Below, in pieces: positions 41,857-54,768 of a stretch of DNA of 64,000 bases (position 1 is its first letter; each line of letters starts with the position of its first letter). Under the pieces are notes generated by a model. It worked only from the letters and a program-made list of their open reading frames with translations, was not told the DNA's origin and did not search any database. This DNA is from Epiperipatus broadwayi (taxonomy: Eukaryota; Animalia; Onychophora). The translations under genes were made by a program, and so were the position numbers. The stretch spans positions 5,270,001 through 5,334,000 of the forward strand of contig JAQFVV010000008.1 of assembly GCA_028023455.1 (NCBI GenBank). The letters run 5' to 3'.

Positions 41857-42789
41857 AAGCAGATAAAAATAGTCTCTAATTTGCATAAGAGGGGTATAGT
41901 GCAAATTTATACTACAGAAATAGTATTCATTAAGCTAAAGTTGGTTTTTTCCTACATAATTCAACCTATAAGTAATCTGGAAACCACCCAAATATCAGTC
42001 AATATATTTGTTCCATATATTTTTAGCTAAAGATAAAACAAGGAAGAAATTCTATAAAGTTATGCACTTGATTAAACAAGTGAACGTTTTTGAAAAACAA
42101 TGCTAAAAAGATCTTTGCAATCAGTGAAATATTTAAAAGCTTTTTATCTATCTATTTACTTCCTATGTGTATTGATATGTGCATGGGTTACAGAAATAAG
42201 TTCACTATTAACAGAAAGAAACCTAATAAAGCAAATACTTAATGTCCACTTGATATGTTTCTGTCATTAGTGCAAATGAACATGGATATATTGCTCATCA
42301 ACATGAATTTTTCAGCATGCAAAGTTTAGGAGCTTTTAATCTCAAGATCTCTTTTCTCATATAACTAATAGTTTTTAATTAAAAAATCATTTGAGTTGTT
42401 TGAAGGCAACGTGAATATGTGTGAATAATTTTTTAGTGTGACAAACAAAATTAAATTCTGGCATTTATTCCCAAATAAATGTAAAGTTATTAGCCAAGGC
42501 AATGGTTCATGACCAAAGTCAAAAGACTCTAAGATTATCTTGATGGCAAATCGAAACTGCTATGTGATGATGGGCATTGGTTTAAATTCTTACAACTGTA
42601 GTTCACTTTTAAATAAAAGAAAATCATTTGAATTTAAAATGTCTAATATTAAATAAGTTTATTGTTGGATTTATGAATAGAAAAAAAAGTTGAAGAAATA
42701 ATTTAATTAAAAAATTAATCTATACTTTATTACAAAGGCACAAGTATATATTGAAAGCACAAATGAAGTTAGATTGATTATAAATAAAA

Positions 42790-43200
42790 AATAAAATATT
42801 TTCAAGATTACAATCAGACAGAATAACAAAGTTGGTTATTCAGTTATAAATGGGGAAAAAAATGCAGATAAAGTCTCAACAAAATACATTGTTCACACCC
42901 ACCAAAAATTAAAAATTATCATGGGAGAGTTTAATGCTTGAAATGGAAAACAAAAGAGTAGATTTGATTATTATGATGGAAATAAGAAATAACACAGATT
43001 TGTCGAAATTGTAGAAAACATAAAAGCTACAGATTATGAGTTCTATCTTTAAGAAAAAATACTAAATGATAAATGGACATGGCAAATAAATATATAAACA
43101 GGATTGGTTATATTTTGATTGCAGAAAACAGTTATTTCAAGAATGTTTTTAATAAATTCAATAAAAGAATTGATCATAAATTAGTGAGATGTAATAAAAT
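42790..43200 (+). mobile_element. Decayed APE-endonuclease fragment of an RTE-like LINE
   Basis: Relic motifs in order: KIIMGEFNA, KWTWQ, IGYIL, IDHKLVR (cf. IIMGDFNA, WTW, IDYIL, SDHRLV). Confidence 0.75.
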
Positions 43201-43493
43201 TTTAAAACAAAACTATTAAGATCTGAGCTAATTTAATTTCATATTCTTCCTGGGTATACCACCTTGAAATTCAATTTACATATTGTCTTTGCAGCTATGT
43301 TGTTTCATTAACATTTTGTATTTTTTTCACAACTAGCACTGCTGAAGTTTATCTATTCATTAGGAAATAGTGATTTTAATATATATAAAATCAAGAGCAT
43401 GCTAATTATCTCTAAACAAGCTTTTTTTTTATTTATGATAAATGCTACTACAAGAGAAGGCATTCAAATCATTTTTATCTTGGATTGTCCCTA

Positions 43494-43534
43494 TCCCCAG
43501 ACCGGTTTTAACCTATGGGTCTCTTCAGTGAGGA
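43494..43534 (-). ncRNA. Family B hammerhead (left arm; G12>A)
   Basis: Reverse complement TCCTCA-CTGAAGA-GACC(CATA)GGTT-AAAA-CCGGT-C-TGGGGA, with palindromic stem III ACCGGT. Confidence 0.75.
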
Positions 43535-43942
43535 GTTGGGACATTAGATTCAAAAAAACCAACTCAAGCAAAGCATTTATCTAAAAGTTAATAGTTAGGA
43601 GAAGATCTGAAACTTTTAGACATCTACATGTCTTTAAAGTCAGCTCTCCAACTGAAAAAATTATATGGGCCTGAACTTCATTCAGATACTCCATATATTA
43701 GTAGGCTTAGCCATTTAATTTAGCCCAAGCCCCAACAGCAAAATAATAATAGTAATAATAAAAAGTCAGATGTCACATGACTAATATATGGAGTATCTGA
43801 ATGAAGTTCAGGCCCATATAATTTTTTCAGTTGGAGAGCTGACTTTAAAGACATGTGGATGTCTAAAAGTTTCAGATCTTCTCCTATTAACTTTTAGATA
43901 AATGCTTTGCTTGAGTTGGTTTTTTGAATCTAATGTCCCAAC

Positions 43943-43982
43943 TCCTCACTGAAGAGACCCATAGGTTGAAACAGTCTGGGGA
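43943..43982 (+). ncRNA. Family B hammerhead (right arm; core intact, stem III shortened)
   Basis: TCCTCA-CTGAAGA-GACC(CATA)GGTT-GAAA-CAGT-C-TGGGGA. GUC triplet; same stem I as family A. Confidence 0.8.
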
Positions 43983-44145
43983 TGGGGACAATCCAAGATA
44001 AAAATGATTTGAATGCCTTCTCTTGTAGTAGCATTTATCATAAATAAAAAAAAAGCTTGTTTAGAGCTAATTAGCATGCTCTTAATTTTACATATTTGTA
44101 AGTGCAAGCTGTATATAAATTATGTGACATCTGACTTTTTATTTT

Positions 44146-44300
44146 ATATATATAAAATACATATTTTGCGGGTTCATCCATGTTAAAAACTTTTAATATT
44201 AATATACTGACATTTTGACTTGGTCACACAAGCCATCCACAGAGTTATAAAAGGTAGAAAGACGGTTGTAGAGGCGCTACAATCACTGATTTAAATAAAA
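44146..44300 (-). mobile_element. Single arm of family G (Penelope-like terminus) abutting the family B tail
   Basis: Near-identical reverse complement of 56939-57058. GTCGAAACGTC has decayed to GTCAAAATGTC. Confidence 0.85.
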
Positions 44301-47300
44301 TGTTAAAATTCCACCAATAGCAAAAAATGTTAAATTTAGGAATGTTTTTTAAAAAAATCTTTCCAAATAGGAGGAAGTTTGCATGTATCATCTTGCTTAT
44401 TGATACAATCTGGCCTTTTAAGTATCTCAATGGCTTCTCTAATTTTGCATTGGTAGAGATTATCACATCTGGATATGATCCTGGTACTAGAAAAATCAAT
44501 TTTATGACCTGAATCTATAGTATGGAGTGAGAGTGCTGATGATGATGAGTGTTGTATATATATATGGGGGTGTGTAAAACTTTTTTACAAAACAAACAAG
44601 TTCAAATATGTTACTAAGACAATTTGCAAACATGATTTTCTCAAAAAATTTATTCAAATAAACTTGTAAATGATGGAATTGTTTGTTATATTAATATCAG
44701 TTTATTATCTCAAATGAAAGATAGTTTAGCATTGATATAACAAAAGATAAGTATTATTTACAGATTTATGTAAATTGTCCTTTTGCTTGAAAATTGCCTT
44801 AATAATATATTCAAACTTTTGTTTCGAAATAAGTTTGATATGCTGCAAATTATTTATATGCTCATTAAAATTATTGGTGTGTGTGTTTAAAGAAATATGA
44901 GAGAATATGAATCCCAAAATCAAAACCAGTAAATGATACTTGATGATACTCAAAAAATGTACATAAACTTTATTTGATAATATTCAACATTGTACTTTAT
45001 GCTAAATTAAATATAATAGGATATTGATTAAATCATATAGCAGCTTACAGGTATATGTAATAAATGAAACTAACTTTCAAACTACTAATGATGATCAAAT
45101 CAAGCACTCTGTACTATTTAAAAATATTCCATCACAATGTCATTTTCAAAGTACTGCTTATATTTGCAGAAGCATAATTTTATGCCAAATTATTGGAATT
45201 AGGACTAGTTTATCATCAATAATGCTTTAACCATATTTGGACCATAGTTTTAGACTATCATTATCAGAATAAATGACATGCTATGAATTTGATCCTAGCC
45301 TTGCAACATTTTTATTAACTCTTTTCTGTTATTGCTTCTTGCATGCACATGTCAACTAAACTAATTAATTGTGGGGAAAATATAAACATCTATAAGAATG
45401 AGATGAAAATGAGAATAGATTGGGCTTGCAAATTAACATTTTGATTATTAGTTAACATAATTTGATCATGTGATAATAATAACTTGATCATATTGACTTT
45501 TCCTTTTCTATTTGAATTATAAAATTATGGCATGTACATAAATATAATATTACTGGATCCACACACCCCCCATTATTTGTGAAAGAATAATAATAATCAT
45601 ACAGGTTAAAGTAATTCAATTATTTCTTTAATAAATTTACTGGAACAATTTAACATAAACATACATTATTGCAAATATTCTATTATAGTAGAATTCCCCA
45701 TGTATGGCAGCACTGGCTGGCAAAACCATCACCCCACCCCTGAAAACTTTACAAAGTCTACTAGCATTGCTTGAGAGATAACTAACTACATTGTGGTGGG
45801 TGAAAATGCTGATAATGCTTTAATTACCGAAATGTCTTTTACTTTTTGAGGTCATTTTTGAAAAGGAAAAGTATTTATTTATTTATTGATTTATTACAAT
45901 AGCTATCTTTGAAAAAAACGTGTATGAATATTAATGGCATACCTATTATTAAGAACGATTAATAATTTTCAATTCGATTGGTTTTTTTTATTTTTTTAAG
46001 ATTAATAAATGTGTTCTTTGGACAATTTCTTTTGGTCTCTAGATAGAACTATGAGAAATTTTACAGTCATATATTTTATTCAAAGGCTTAATGTAATTCA
46101 TTCATTTCCTTAATCAATGCCTGTAGTTTAGTCGAGAACAATTTTGTATTACAAAAAATTTAAAAAGCTTTAACTACAAGTGGCCAAAAATTTCATCTTA
46201 TTCCTGTAATGTAGGACAGATGGTATGCCTTTTCACATCTGCAAGAATTAAAACTTTATCAATTGACATATTGCAAAGATTCTATTAGAGTGGAATTAAT
46301 TAATTCTCCATGGATACCAGCTTCTGTGAATAGCAGTTGCCCCAATTTCAAACTGTTCATTTTCAAGTCAGCCATTTTATTTCTCATGGATGTGTTCTTG
46401 TGCAAACATGACTTTTTATGTGATTTGATCAAAATCTTGCTGGGACATATCCTTTCTGAATTTTTTGAAGGTTCCACATTGAGTAGGGAAGGGTGGTGAC
46501 AGGTTGACAATTGTTAGGAGGTAATAGTGGGTCAGATGACTTGTAAGCTAATTCCTTTGACATACATATTTGAAGAGTTGTGTCAGGCTGAAGTCCAGAC
46601 ACCCTCACACAATAATGTAGTGAACTTTGAACTGTGAGAATTGGGATAAAGTGCATAACACAAAGCAGACCAGCTGTCGATAAACAGCATGCCATCGGCA
46701 CCAGTGGCCATATTTTAAATGGCCTATTTCTGTGCTTTTGCATAGATATTTAGACCTAGAATGCAGTGGCCACATAAACAGCATATTTATGTGCTTTTGC
46801 ATATAAATAGCATCATCAAATGGCTGACATGATCTAATAGAACAATACCAAAATTATTTTTACAATATCTAAGTTGCAACCATGAAAATAATTTTAGCTG
46901 TCATTTTCCATATTTCCCCTTTTTTTTTTATTTTTCTTCAGCAATTTTATTTTCTAGCATCCTGAGAGATATTTTATAGCAATCATGGGTTCTTAAACTG
47001 TAAAATTATTGAATATTTTATAATTAATAATAAACTTAAAATCATTATATAAAGTGTATATTTTATCTGTTCCCACTATTGATCTCTGTTATTTAAAGGT
47101 AAAAAGATGGCTAAATTACCAAAAATATCAATTGCAAGCATAATTAAATGGTAATTTCAAAGTCTTTTTTTTTTTTACATTTTTTCGAGTATTTTAAACA
47201 AACTAACCAAAAGTGTCAACATTAAATATTTCACTAATTTTTAATAAAACAACAAAGTGTTGAAATCATTTTATAAATGAAACATTTTTTGACAGGTACA

Positions 47301-48372
47301 AAAATGTTCTTATCATATTTAATGTTTTGCATACAAAATTTTAATTTAATAGCAAAGTAGTAAAAATAACTTAGAGACATTTGATTGTACATTTAAATTA
47401 TTATCATACAGAAAGGTTTTTTGTAGCACTATATGATTTAATGCAATAGTAGAGGAAAAGTTCTAGAGCATAAGGTCTTTGGATCATTCCCAGTTCCACC
47501 ACTTAAAATGCTTAGACTTCTTATGGACTCTTGAGTAATAAAGCCATTCAATTATATTTTCTGTTTTCTGCACATACTCTGCTGAAATGAATATGTAGAG
47601 CTGTATTAAATTTCAACCAAAATGGCAGTAATACTATCTTAAACACTAGTTAGTAATTAGGAACAATTTAGTTAATTTAATGATTTTTTTAATATTTTCA
47701 TGCAACAAATATATCAATAATTGGTTCAGATAAAATAGCCATCTAGCATAATAAAAACAAAATATATTTACAGTAATTGAAAGCAATTCAACTCCTATTC
47801 TGATCAACATAACACTTGGGATGTCAAATTATGTGTACTTTTGGATTTAAGAACAATATTGAAACTAAAAATGTCTTATTCTATTTTCTAATATAAATAG
47901 CTTGCATAATTCCATATTTTTATTCTCACTGAAAAAGAAATATGATTAGATGTGATAAAGGTATGAAAAGATTGAAAAACAATGAATGTTTAGTATTAAG
48001 TATTATCACAATAATATTTAAGGTATTGATAATCCAGTTATTCACCAATTGGTTTAACATGGTAGCATAAAATTTATTTCTGAATTTTACCACTAAAAAA
48101 TCAGAACTATTCCTAAGAGGTTTTTTTAGGGGAAATATTATTTGCAATTCTGATACCTGCATTTAATGCATTAAAGATAAAGCACTATTACTATAGATAT
48201 TGTTTTTGTGCTAAACATTGGATTTTACTTGGTAGAGCTTCAGTAGCCAAATACTTAATAAGAATCTACTAATCAAATATCAAATAATTCGTTTAATTTG
48301 AAGAACAAAATTTAATGAAAGATTAGTTCATTTTCTTTAATAATTGGTAAGTTAAAAATAATAATATATATG

Positions 48373-48612
48373 GAAATCTTGAATATTTTGGAGTAATCCA
48401 TTTAAATCAACTTAATTAGAAAGCACTTAACCTAGAACAACAGCTCCATGTCAAGAGTAAAAGTAAACTGACAGACTGATGCATCCAAAAGGAGAAATTC
48501 GGATGTATCAATCTGTCTGTTTACTTTGACTCTTGGTCTAGGGCAAGTGTTCTAAGTTGAGTGTTTTTTAATTAAGTTGATTTAAGTCTATTATTCCAAA
48601 CATTCAAGATTT
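48373..48612. repeat. Fold-back inverted repeat (no hammerhead recognised)
   Basis: Arms 48373-48486 / 48501-48612 with a 14-nt loop. Confidence 0.8.
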
Positions 48613-48917
48613 ACATCTAAACATTCGTTAAAAATATTGTACTATAATATATATATATTCATTTTTTAGAAATATTAAATAACTTTTAATCTTCCTATAT
48701 GCTTAAAATATATGAATATGGACTTATGAATAAAAAACAAATCCCAAGAAGTATTTTCATAACCAGCCTTCATCATATTAGTTGACTAAAAAAATATTTT
48801 TTATATGTATTTCATATGTATACATAATTTTTATTAAAATGAAGACCCTTATCAAGTAAAATACAGTATGTGAACATAGATTTTGGTTTTATTTGGGTAG
48901 ATGCTTTCTAGTTGTTA

Positions 48918-49161
48918 ATATCAATGTTAATCAATATATATATATATGCTATGCGCACAGTTAATTTGCATTAATATTATAGTTCTTAACTAAACTCCTG
49001 TAACCATGAATATGGGACAATAAACTGTCCCGAAAGCGCTTGGCGGTAACTTTTGGATAATATTACTTATGTTTAACAGCTTCATTATCTGTGCACAAAG
49101 CATATATATTTATTGATTTCAAATGCTAATGAAGTAAAGCTTAAACTATATCAATGTTAAT
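48918..49161. mobile_element. Small fold-back insertion with a hammerhead relic between short arms
   Basis: Exact 14-bp TSD ATATCAATGTTAAT at 48918-48931 and 49148-49161. Short arms ATATGCTATGCGCACAG / CTGTGCACAAAGCATAT. Relic CATGAATA-T-GGGACA(ATAAAC)TGTCCC-GAAA-GCGCT-T at 49001-49047 with an AGCGCT palindrome. Confidence 0.75.
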
Positions 49162-51191
49162 GTGATGTTTCGGTAAGATTATTTGCCATCATTGCAGAGA
49201 CTTAAAAAAGTTTTCATTTAAATCTGTATTTAAGGAAACATTTCAATTCTATATTTTAATAAAGATAACTTATAAAGACATTTAACCTGTTTTGATATCA
49301 AATAAAAACTAATAATGTGAGGATGTGAGTATGAGTTTTCAATTAATCAAATTAAAAATAACCTATTTCTTTTATTTTCTCATATTATTTTTTTATTTAT
49401 GAAAAATTGCTCAGTATACTATCTTAAATCTTTTATTTACAAGAGCATGCCCAATCAAATCTCTCTTCTATTGATTTTGTATTTTAAGCACTTTTATTAA
49501 TTAAATTTAATTCACAGATTGCCATTTACGAAGAATTCTTTACTTAGAGTATTTAATAAAGGATAAATGTATGGTTTTTAACAAAAAGACAGGTTTAACT
49601 CTTGTCATCAATAATAACTTACAATTCATCGTCATAACCATTTATAAATGAATATTTCTATTACTTTACATTTACTTTTCAATATTAAGTACATATATTT
49701 TAAAAAATAATATATATTTAATTTTATCAGGATATTAAGATGAGTAATTTATTTCCCATTGCAATTATAAGTTGTCTTATTAAAAGTTTAATTTTATATT
49801 ATATATATATCATATGTACTTGATATCTAACATAAAGAAAAATTATTTCGTAGGAAATTTATTTTTACATCAAAAACTTAGAAGTTAATTACGTTGGCTG
49901 ATCATATTAAAGATACTGATCAATTTTTGCTGTAATATGCCAAAGACAGGAAATTTCTTGTTTGTAATAAACTAATGATTTGTGTTGGAGTTTTTATCTT
50001 TTAAATAGACTTCATATATTAACTTTCGTAAACTTTATCATCTAAATTAACGATAATTTTAATATATCACAGCTTTTAGTAATAAATAAAGAATTAATTA
50101 ATTTGATGTTAATATAAATAAATTAAATACAAAACCATAATGACGCGTATATATGTATGTTTGCAATTAATTTACTTACATAAACATCTAATTAATTCCC
50201 TATTTATCAGATACTATCAGAAAAAAACACTATTACTATATAATGTGATATCATTTTGCAAATATCAGTTTTAATTTATTTACCTAATTACATCATGGAT
50301 GGTCTGGTCTAAGTATTTGCGTGTATAAAGTCTGTGAAAATCTTCTAATATATATAAGGAAGATATATTTGGATTCATTTTTGAGTAATCAATAGTAAAA
50401 TTATACTGCTCTATTATTGTTTGGGTAATAAATCTTATTTTAAAAACATTGTAGAAGTGCTATAAGAAACGTGGAATAATATTAAATTCTCATCCAATAA
50501 AAAAATTAAAAAATGTAAAATATGAAGAGTGAGAATGAAAAATAGGTGAATAATCTGATATAAAATTAACAATTGTTTTAATTATTAAGTTTTAAGAAAT
50601 TTTCAATTGTTTCTCTGGGTTTTTTTATGATATCATTTTCATACATGATCCTGGTGTAAGAAAAATCCATATTGTGATCAATATCCATAATATGAATATT
50701 GCTAATGATGGTAAGTGCTGCTTTACTTCATTGACGTTTTCATTGCTTCTAGCACTGATATTATATATAAATATATTGAAATGGATAATCATCTCAAATT
50801 TTAGTTAACTTGGCTATAGGTGGAAAAAGGGTAAGATTTAAATATCAGAGTGCAGATTAATAAATATGATACTAGATTAGAGTTCAAACTTGATATATGT
50901 TTAATCACATACAGATAGGTATATGAAGCTTCTTGAATGTTAAATAAATATTTTTAATATTATTTAATTTAGATTTGAAAAAATTGTTTAAGTTAAATAA
51001 TTTGTATTTTAAAATTTGGTTTCCAGACCGGAAATAAAGATAATTTTCTTTTATAAATATAATTCTGTCTTTAGATTTAAAAAAAAGTTATTTAAAACAA
51101 AGTTTGATTAATGATATCCAAGAAAACTACAAGTTATCAAATTAATTAAAATCACAAACAAAAACTTATATTGTTAATTATGAAAATTAAT

Positions 51192-51271
51192 TGCTCTGAA
51201 ACTGTTTGATTATCTTAGATTCATGATTGTGCTGCTCTGAAACATATATTATCTTAGATTCATAATTATGC
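51192..51271 (+). repeat. Two-copy ~40-bp tandem repeat
   Basis: TGCTCTGAAAC...ATTATCTTAGATTCAT.ATT.TGC occurs twice. Confidence 0.8.
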
Positions 51272-52019
51272 TTTGTTATATATTTTGTTTCTGATTTATA
51301 AAATTTTAGTATTAATTAAAATAGAAGATTATACTTAGTATGTTTTCAGTTATATTAAAATAAAAAATTCTTTGAAAAAAAAAGTATAAATATCAAGCAA
51401 CGGAGATCTATTGATCTTTGTGTCTTTGACTCTTTGCTGTTCTCTGATTTGTATTGCCTAGTTTCTGCAGTATCACTGTTCTGGTAAAAGTAATGTGTGA
51501 CTAAATAATCTTTTTTTCACATCAAGACAAGCTACCTTATGTTATTATTTTACAATCAAAGAACTTCTTTCTGACTGTATAGAGTACACTGACTGGAATG
51601 AATACAACTATGTGCCAACCATATGACATTTTAAATATCATTGATGCATTCATTAAATAAGTGGAAATATGTTGCAACACTGCAAATCTAATCATGACTA
51701 TAAACATTATATCTTTTATTTACTGAGGATAACTGATTTTCCAAAACTCATCATAAAGCAAAAAGATTTTTTGTGAGAAAAAAATTAGCTTGTTCTTGTA
51801 AATAAAAATAAAGCCATAAATGTAAAACAAATAATTTAACCTAGTATCTATAGTAATTTTTAAAAGTCCTAACATACAATATATGCATGTGTAAATTATA
51901 CTGTTATATATTATATAGGTATGCTTATAAAGTATGTATGTATGGAAAATAATGCAACTTAAATCTATTTAAAAAACAACAGTTAGTTTAAAGATGTTCT
52001 TTTTTATAATCCATCCATT

Positions 52020-52770
52020 CAGCCTTCATCATTCAAATATCTGTTTCATCAGTGACTCATTTTAAGGTTTATCATTGTTTTTTTAAAAATCCTTGTATGA
52101 TCTTGGTGCTTTTAGAGGTACAACAATGTTGATGGCCAAAGATTTCTAGTCAAAAAATTTAGAATGAATGCTTGATTTGCTTCTTTTGATTTTCTTTTCA
52201 TATAACATAAGGTCTCGTTCATTGACTTAAGGCATTTTTAGACTTGTTGGAATGTTCTAAGTCAGATAAAATTCCTCAAAAATGCTGTTCATGGCTTCTC
52301 TGCAGGCATGTTAATTTTCTTTTCTTCACTGTCTTCTTTTTCTCTATTCAATTGCATTAATTTCTCATTAGTTAATTCCTTCATAAGTGATTGCAAAGGC
52401 TCTTCACTGTTGTCAGCATCAATTTTTGATTGGCATCTTTATCCAAATTGTCAACAAAATGCTGCATTAGTTGTTGGAGTTAATACATCTTGAAAATTGC
52501 ATGATTTTTGATCCATAGGTTGAAGAAGTGTTATGGTGTTTAGTGGTATTAGCTGATGTTATGATTCTAGTTGAAAAATGTATATAGATGTAAAATTTTA
52601 AAAAAAATAATATCATTAGGAAAAAAATGGTTTTATTATGCAAACCTACAAAAAAGTGGACCAAGAAAAGGAAACTAAGCTTGCAGTTGATAATTTTTTG
52701 TATTCTTCTGCAAAATTATTAATCAGTGCAATGAAAAACAACCCATCCTGAAGTTTCACCTTTTAAAAAT
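52020..52770 (-). mobile_element. Decayed Tigger/pogo transposase fragment
   Basis: LIPLNTITLLQPMDQ (cf. FLPPNTTSLLQPMDQ, DDE_1 family). Acidic C-terminus DADNSEEPLQSLMKELTNEKLMQL ending ..DDEG*. Confidence 0.85.
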
Positions 52771-52772
52771 TC

Positions 52773-53042
52773 ATAGTCTTATTAATGACTAAATACTAAC
52801 ACTTCAAACACATGATAAAGTCTTTGAGAAAAGATTTGACCGTACAAAAGTGTTTGGGTTCGAAAAGATAGATGGCCATTCTATCTTTTCCCAAAGACTT
52901 TATCATGTGTTTGAAGTGTTAGTATTCAGTCATTTATAGTTAAAATCTGCAAAGCGCATGTGCAACAGCTTAATGCTGTTTAACTATTATGGTTTATAAA
53001 CATCATGCTATATAAAATAATTGATTTATAGTCTTATTAATG
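52773..53042. mobile_element. Fold-back insertion at the edge of the recognisable Tigger fragment
   Basis: Exact 15-bp TSD ATAGTCTTATTAATG at 52773-52787 and 53028-53042. Near-perfect 52-bp arms 52784-52835 / 52883-52934. ~93-nt tail on the right. Confidence 0.88.
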
Positions 53043-54252
53043 TAAAATTATTTAGAATTAAAGAAGCAATGTAGACTTGTTATATAGGTAGCCAATTTAT
53101 AGAACTACTCATTACCATAACCTAATCATGCAATTAACTTTGGAAAAAAATTCTGACATTAAAAAACTGTGATTGTAATAAATATTTAAGCCTTTTTTTA
53201 AGTATGTATTATGCAGTTTTAAGTAAACAGTACTTTATATAGAAATACCCTTACCTATTAGTCTTTTTTATGGCAGATGTCACTTTTTATTATGCATGGT
53301 AGCTATTTTCTTGAAATAATCTCACATTTTTTTTCAAATAATACTGTACACTGTACATTGTAATGGCAGAAATACTGGTAATTTAAATAAAAATTAAAAA
53401 CATAAAATTTTTTCAATTTATTTCTATTGTATTTTTATCATATAAAATTTATTATTAAATATATAATGATGAAATCATCTCTCTCCATCCTTTTTTCTAT
53501 TATCAAAAATGTTTTGTAATAATAAACAGTCATGATTTGATTGAAATTAGAGTTTATAAGAGTTTTAATTTTAAATTGTTCAACTGAATATTTTAGCTAA
53601 CATATAACAGAACACATTTTAAAATTAATTAATAATAATATATGATGAAAATTTATTTTTAGTTTTATAGTGAATTTTTTTTTTTCAATACAATAATTTT
53701 ATAAGTTCACTCTAGTGACTATTGTCTTGCATATGTCTGAAACAAATTAAACATTATGATGTAAAATCTAGCAAGTAAATATTATTTTTTAACTTACTTT
53801 TAGTGACAAAATATTTAAGTTAATATAGTATTGTACACAATTTAAAATTAATTATTAATAATAGAGTATATGACCAAAACTTATTCCTTAGTTTTATATT
53901 GAATGAAATTTATACTTTTTTTTTGATACTGTATCTTTTTACATTGTCAATAATGTCATTTGGCATACATATTTTTGAAACAGATTACAATATTATTTGT
54001 TTCAAATTAAGCAAATACTGTACAATAAATGATATTTTACATTTATATTTAGTGACTTTGATTGCATAATGTAGGAATCTCTTTTTCTCTCAAAATAACT
54101 TACAGTTTTGGTAACTAAATTTTACAATTATTGTATGATGATTGTAATTTTTGCTGCAAGCAAAATACTGTTAATAAGAATGTTTAATCTATAAAACTGA
54201 CAGAATCTACCATTTTTAAGCTAATGTACACATTTAAAAATATAATATTAAT

Positions 54253-54768
54253 ACATTCGATTGTTAAAAAAAAAAATCAAGTCAGATGTCACATGACCTA
54301 ATTTAAATAAACTTGTACTACAGATGATCTATAAAGATCTTGCAAATAAGCTCTTAACAAGCTTTGCAGAATATCCTTAACCTCAGACTGTTTTCTGTTA
54401 ATGGCTTCCTCAATGAAGTGCTAGGATATTCAAGTATTAGATTAAAAATACCAAGACAAGCTTTGGTGATCTTTATATTGCTAAAGCTATTAATATATGG
54501 TGTATCTGTACTTAGATCAGTCCCATATGGCTATTTAAGTTAGATAGCTGGATTGGAAGACATGGATGTCTGAAAATTTCAGATTTTCTACTTAATAGTT
54601 ATCCATTCGATAAAGTGCTGGGGTTGTCCTGGTATTTTTAATCTAATGCTTGTATATCCTAACACCCCACAAAGGAAACCAGTAGCAGAAACCAGTCTGT
54701 GGTTAGGGATATTCTGCAAAGCTTGTTAAAAGCTTATTTGTGAGCTCTTTATATAACATTTGATTATT
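54253..54768. mobile_element. Older fold-back related to family B (B')
   Basis: Left tail AAGTCAGATGTCACATGAC shared with family B. Arms ~54330-54480 / ~54605-54755. Probable TSD ACATTCGATTGTT (54253-54265) / ACATTTGATTATT (54756-54768). Decayed hammerhead, inferred consensus CCTCA-CTGAGGA-A-GCC..GC-A-GAAACCAGTC-TGAGG. Confidence 0.8.

Larger units (their letters stand above)
43379..44140. mobile_element. Young family B fold-back
   Basis: Near-identical arms 43379-43702 / 43780-44097. Tail 44098-44140. An inverted copy of the tail end (AAAAGTCAGATGTCACAT) sits in the spacer at 43761-43778. Confidence 0.95.
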
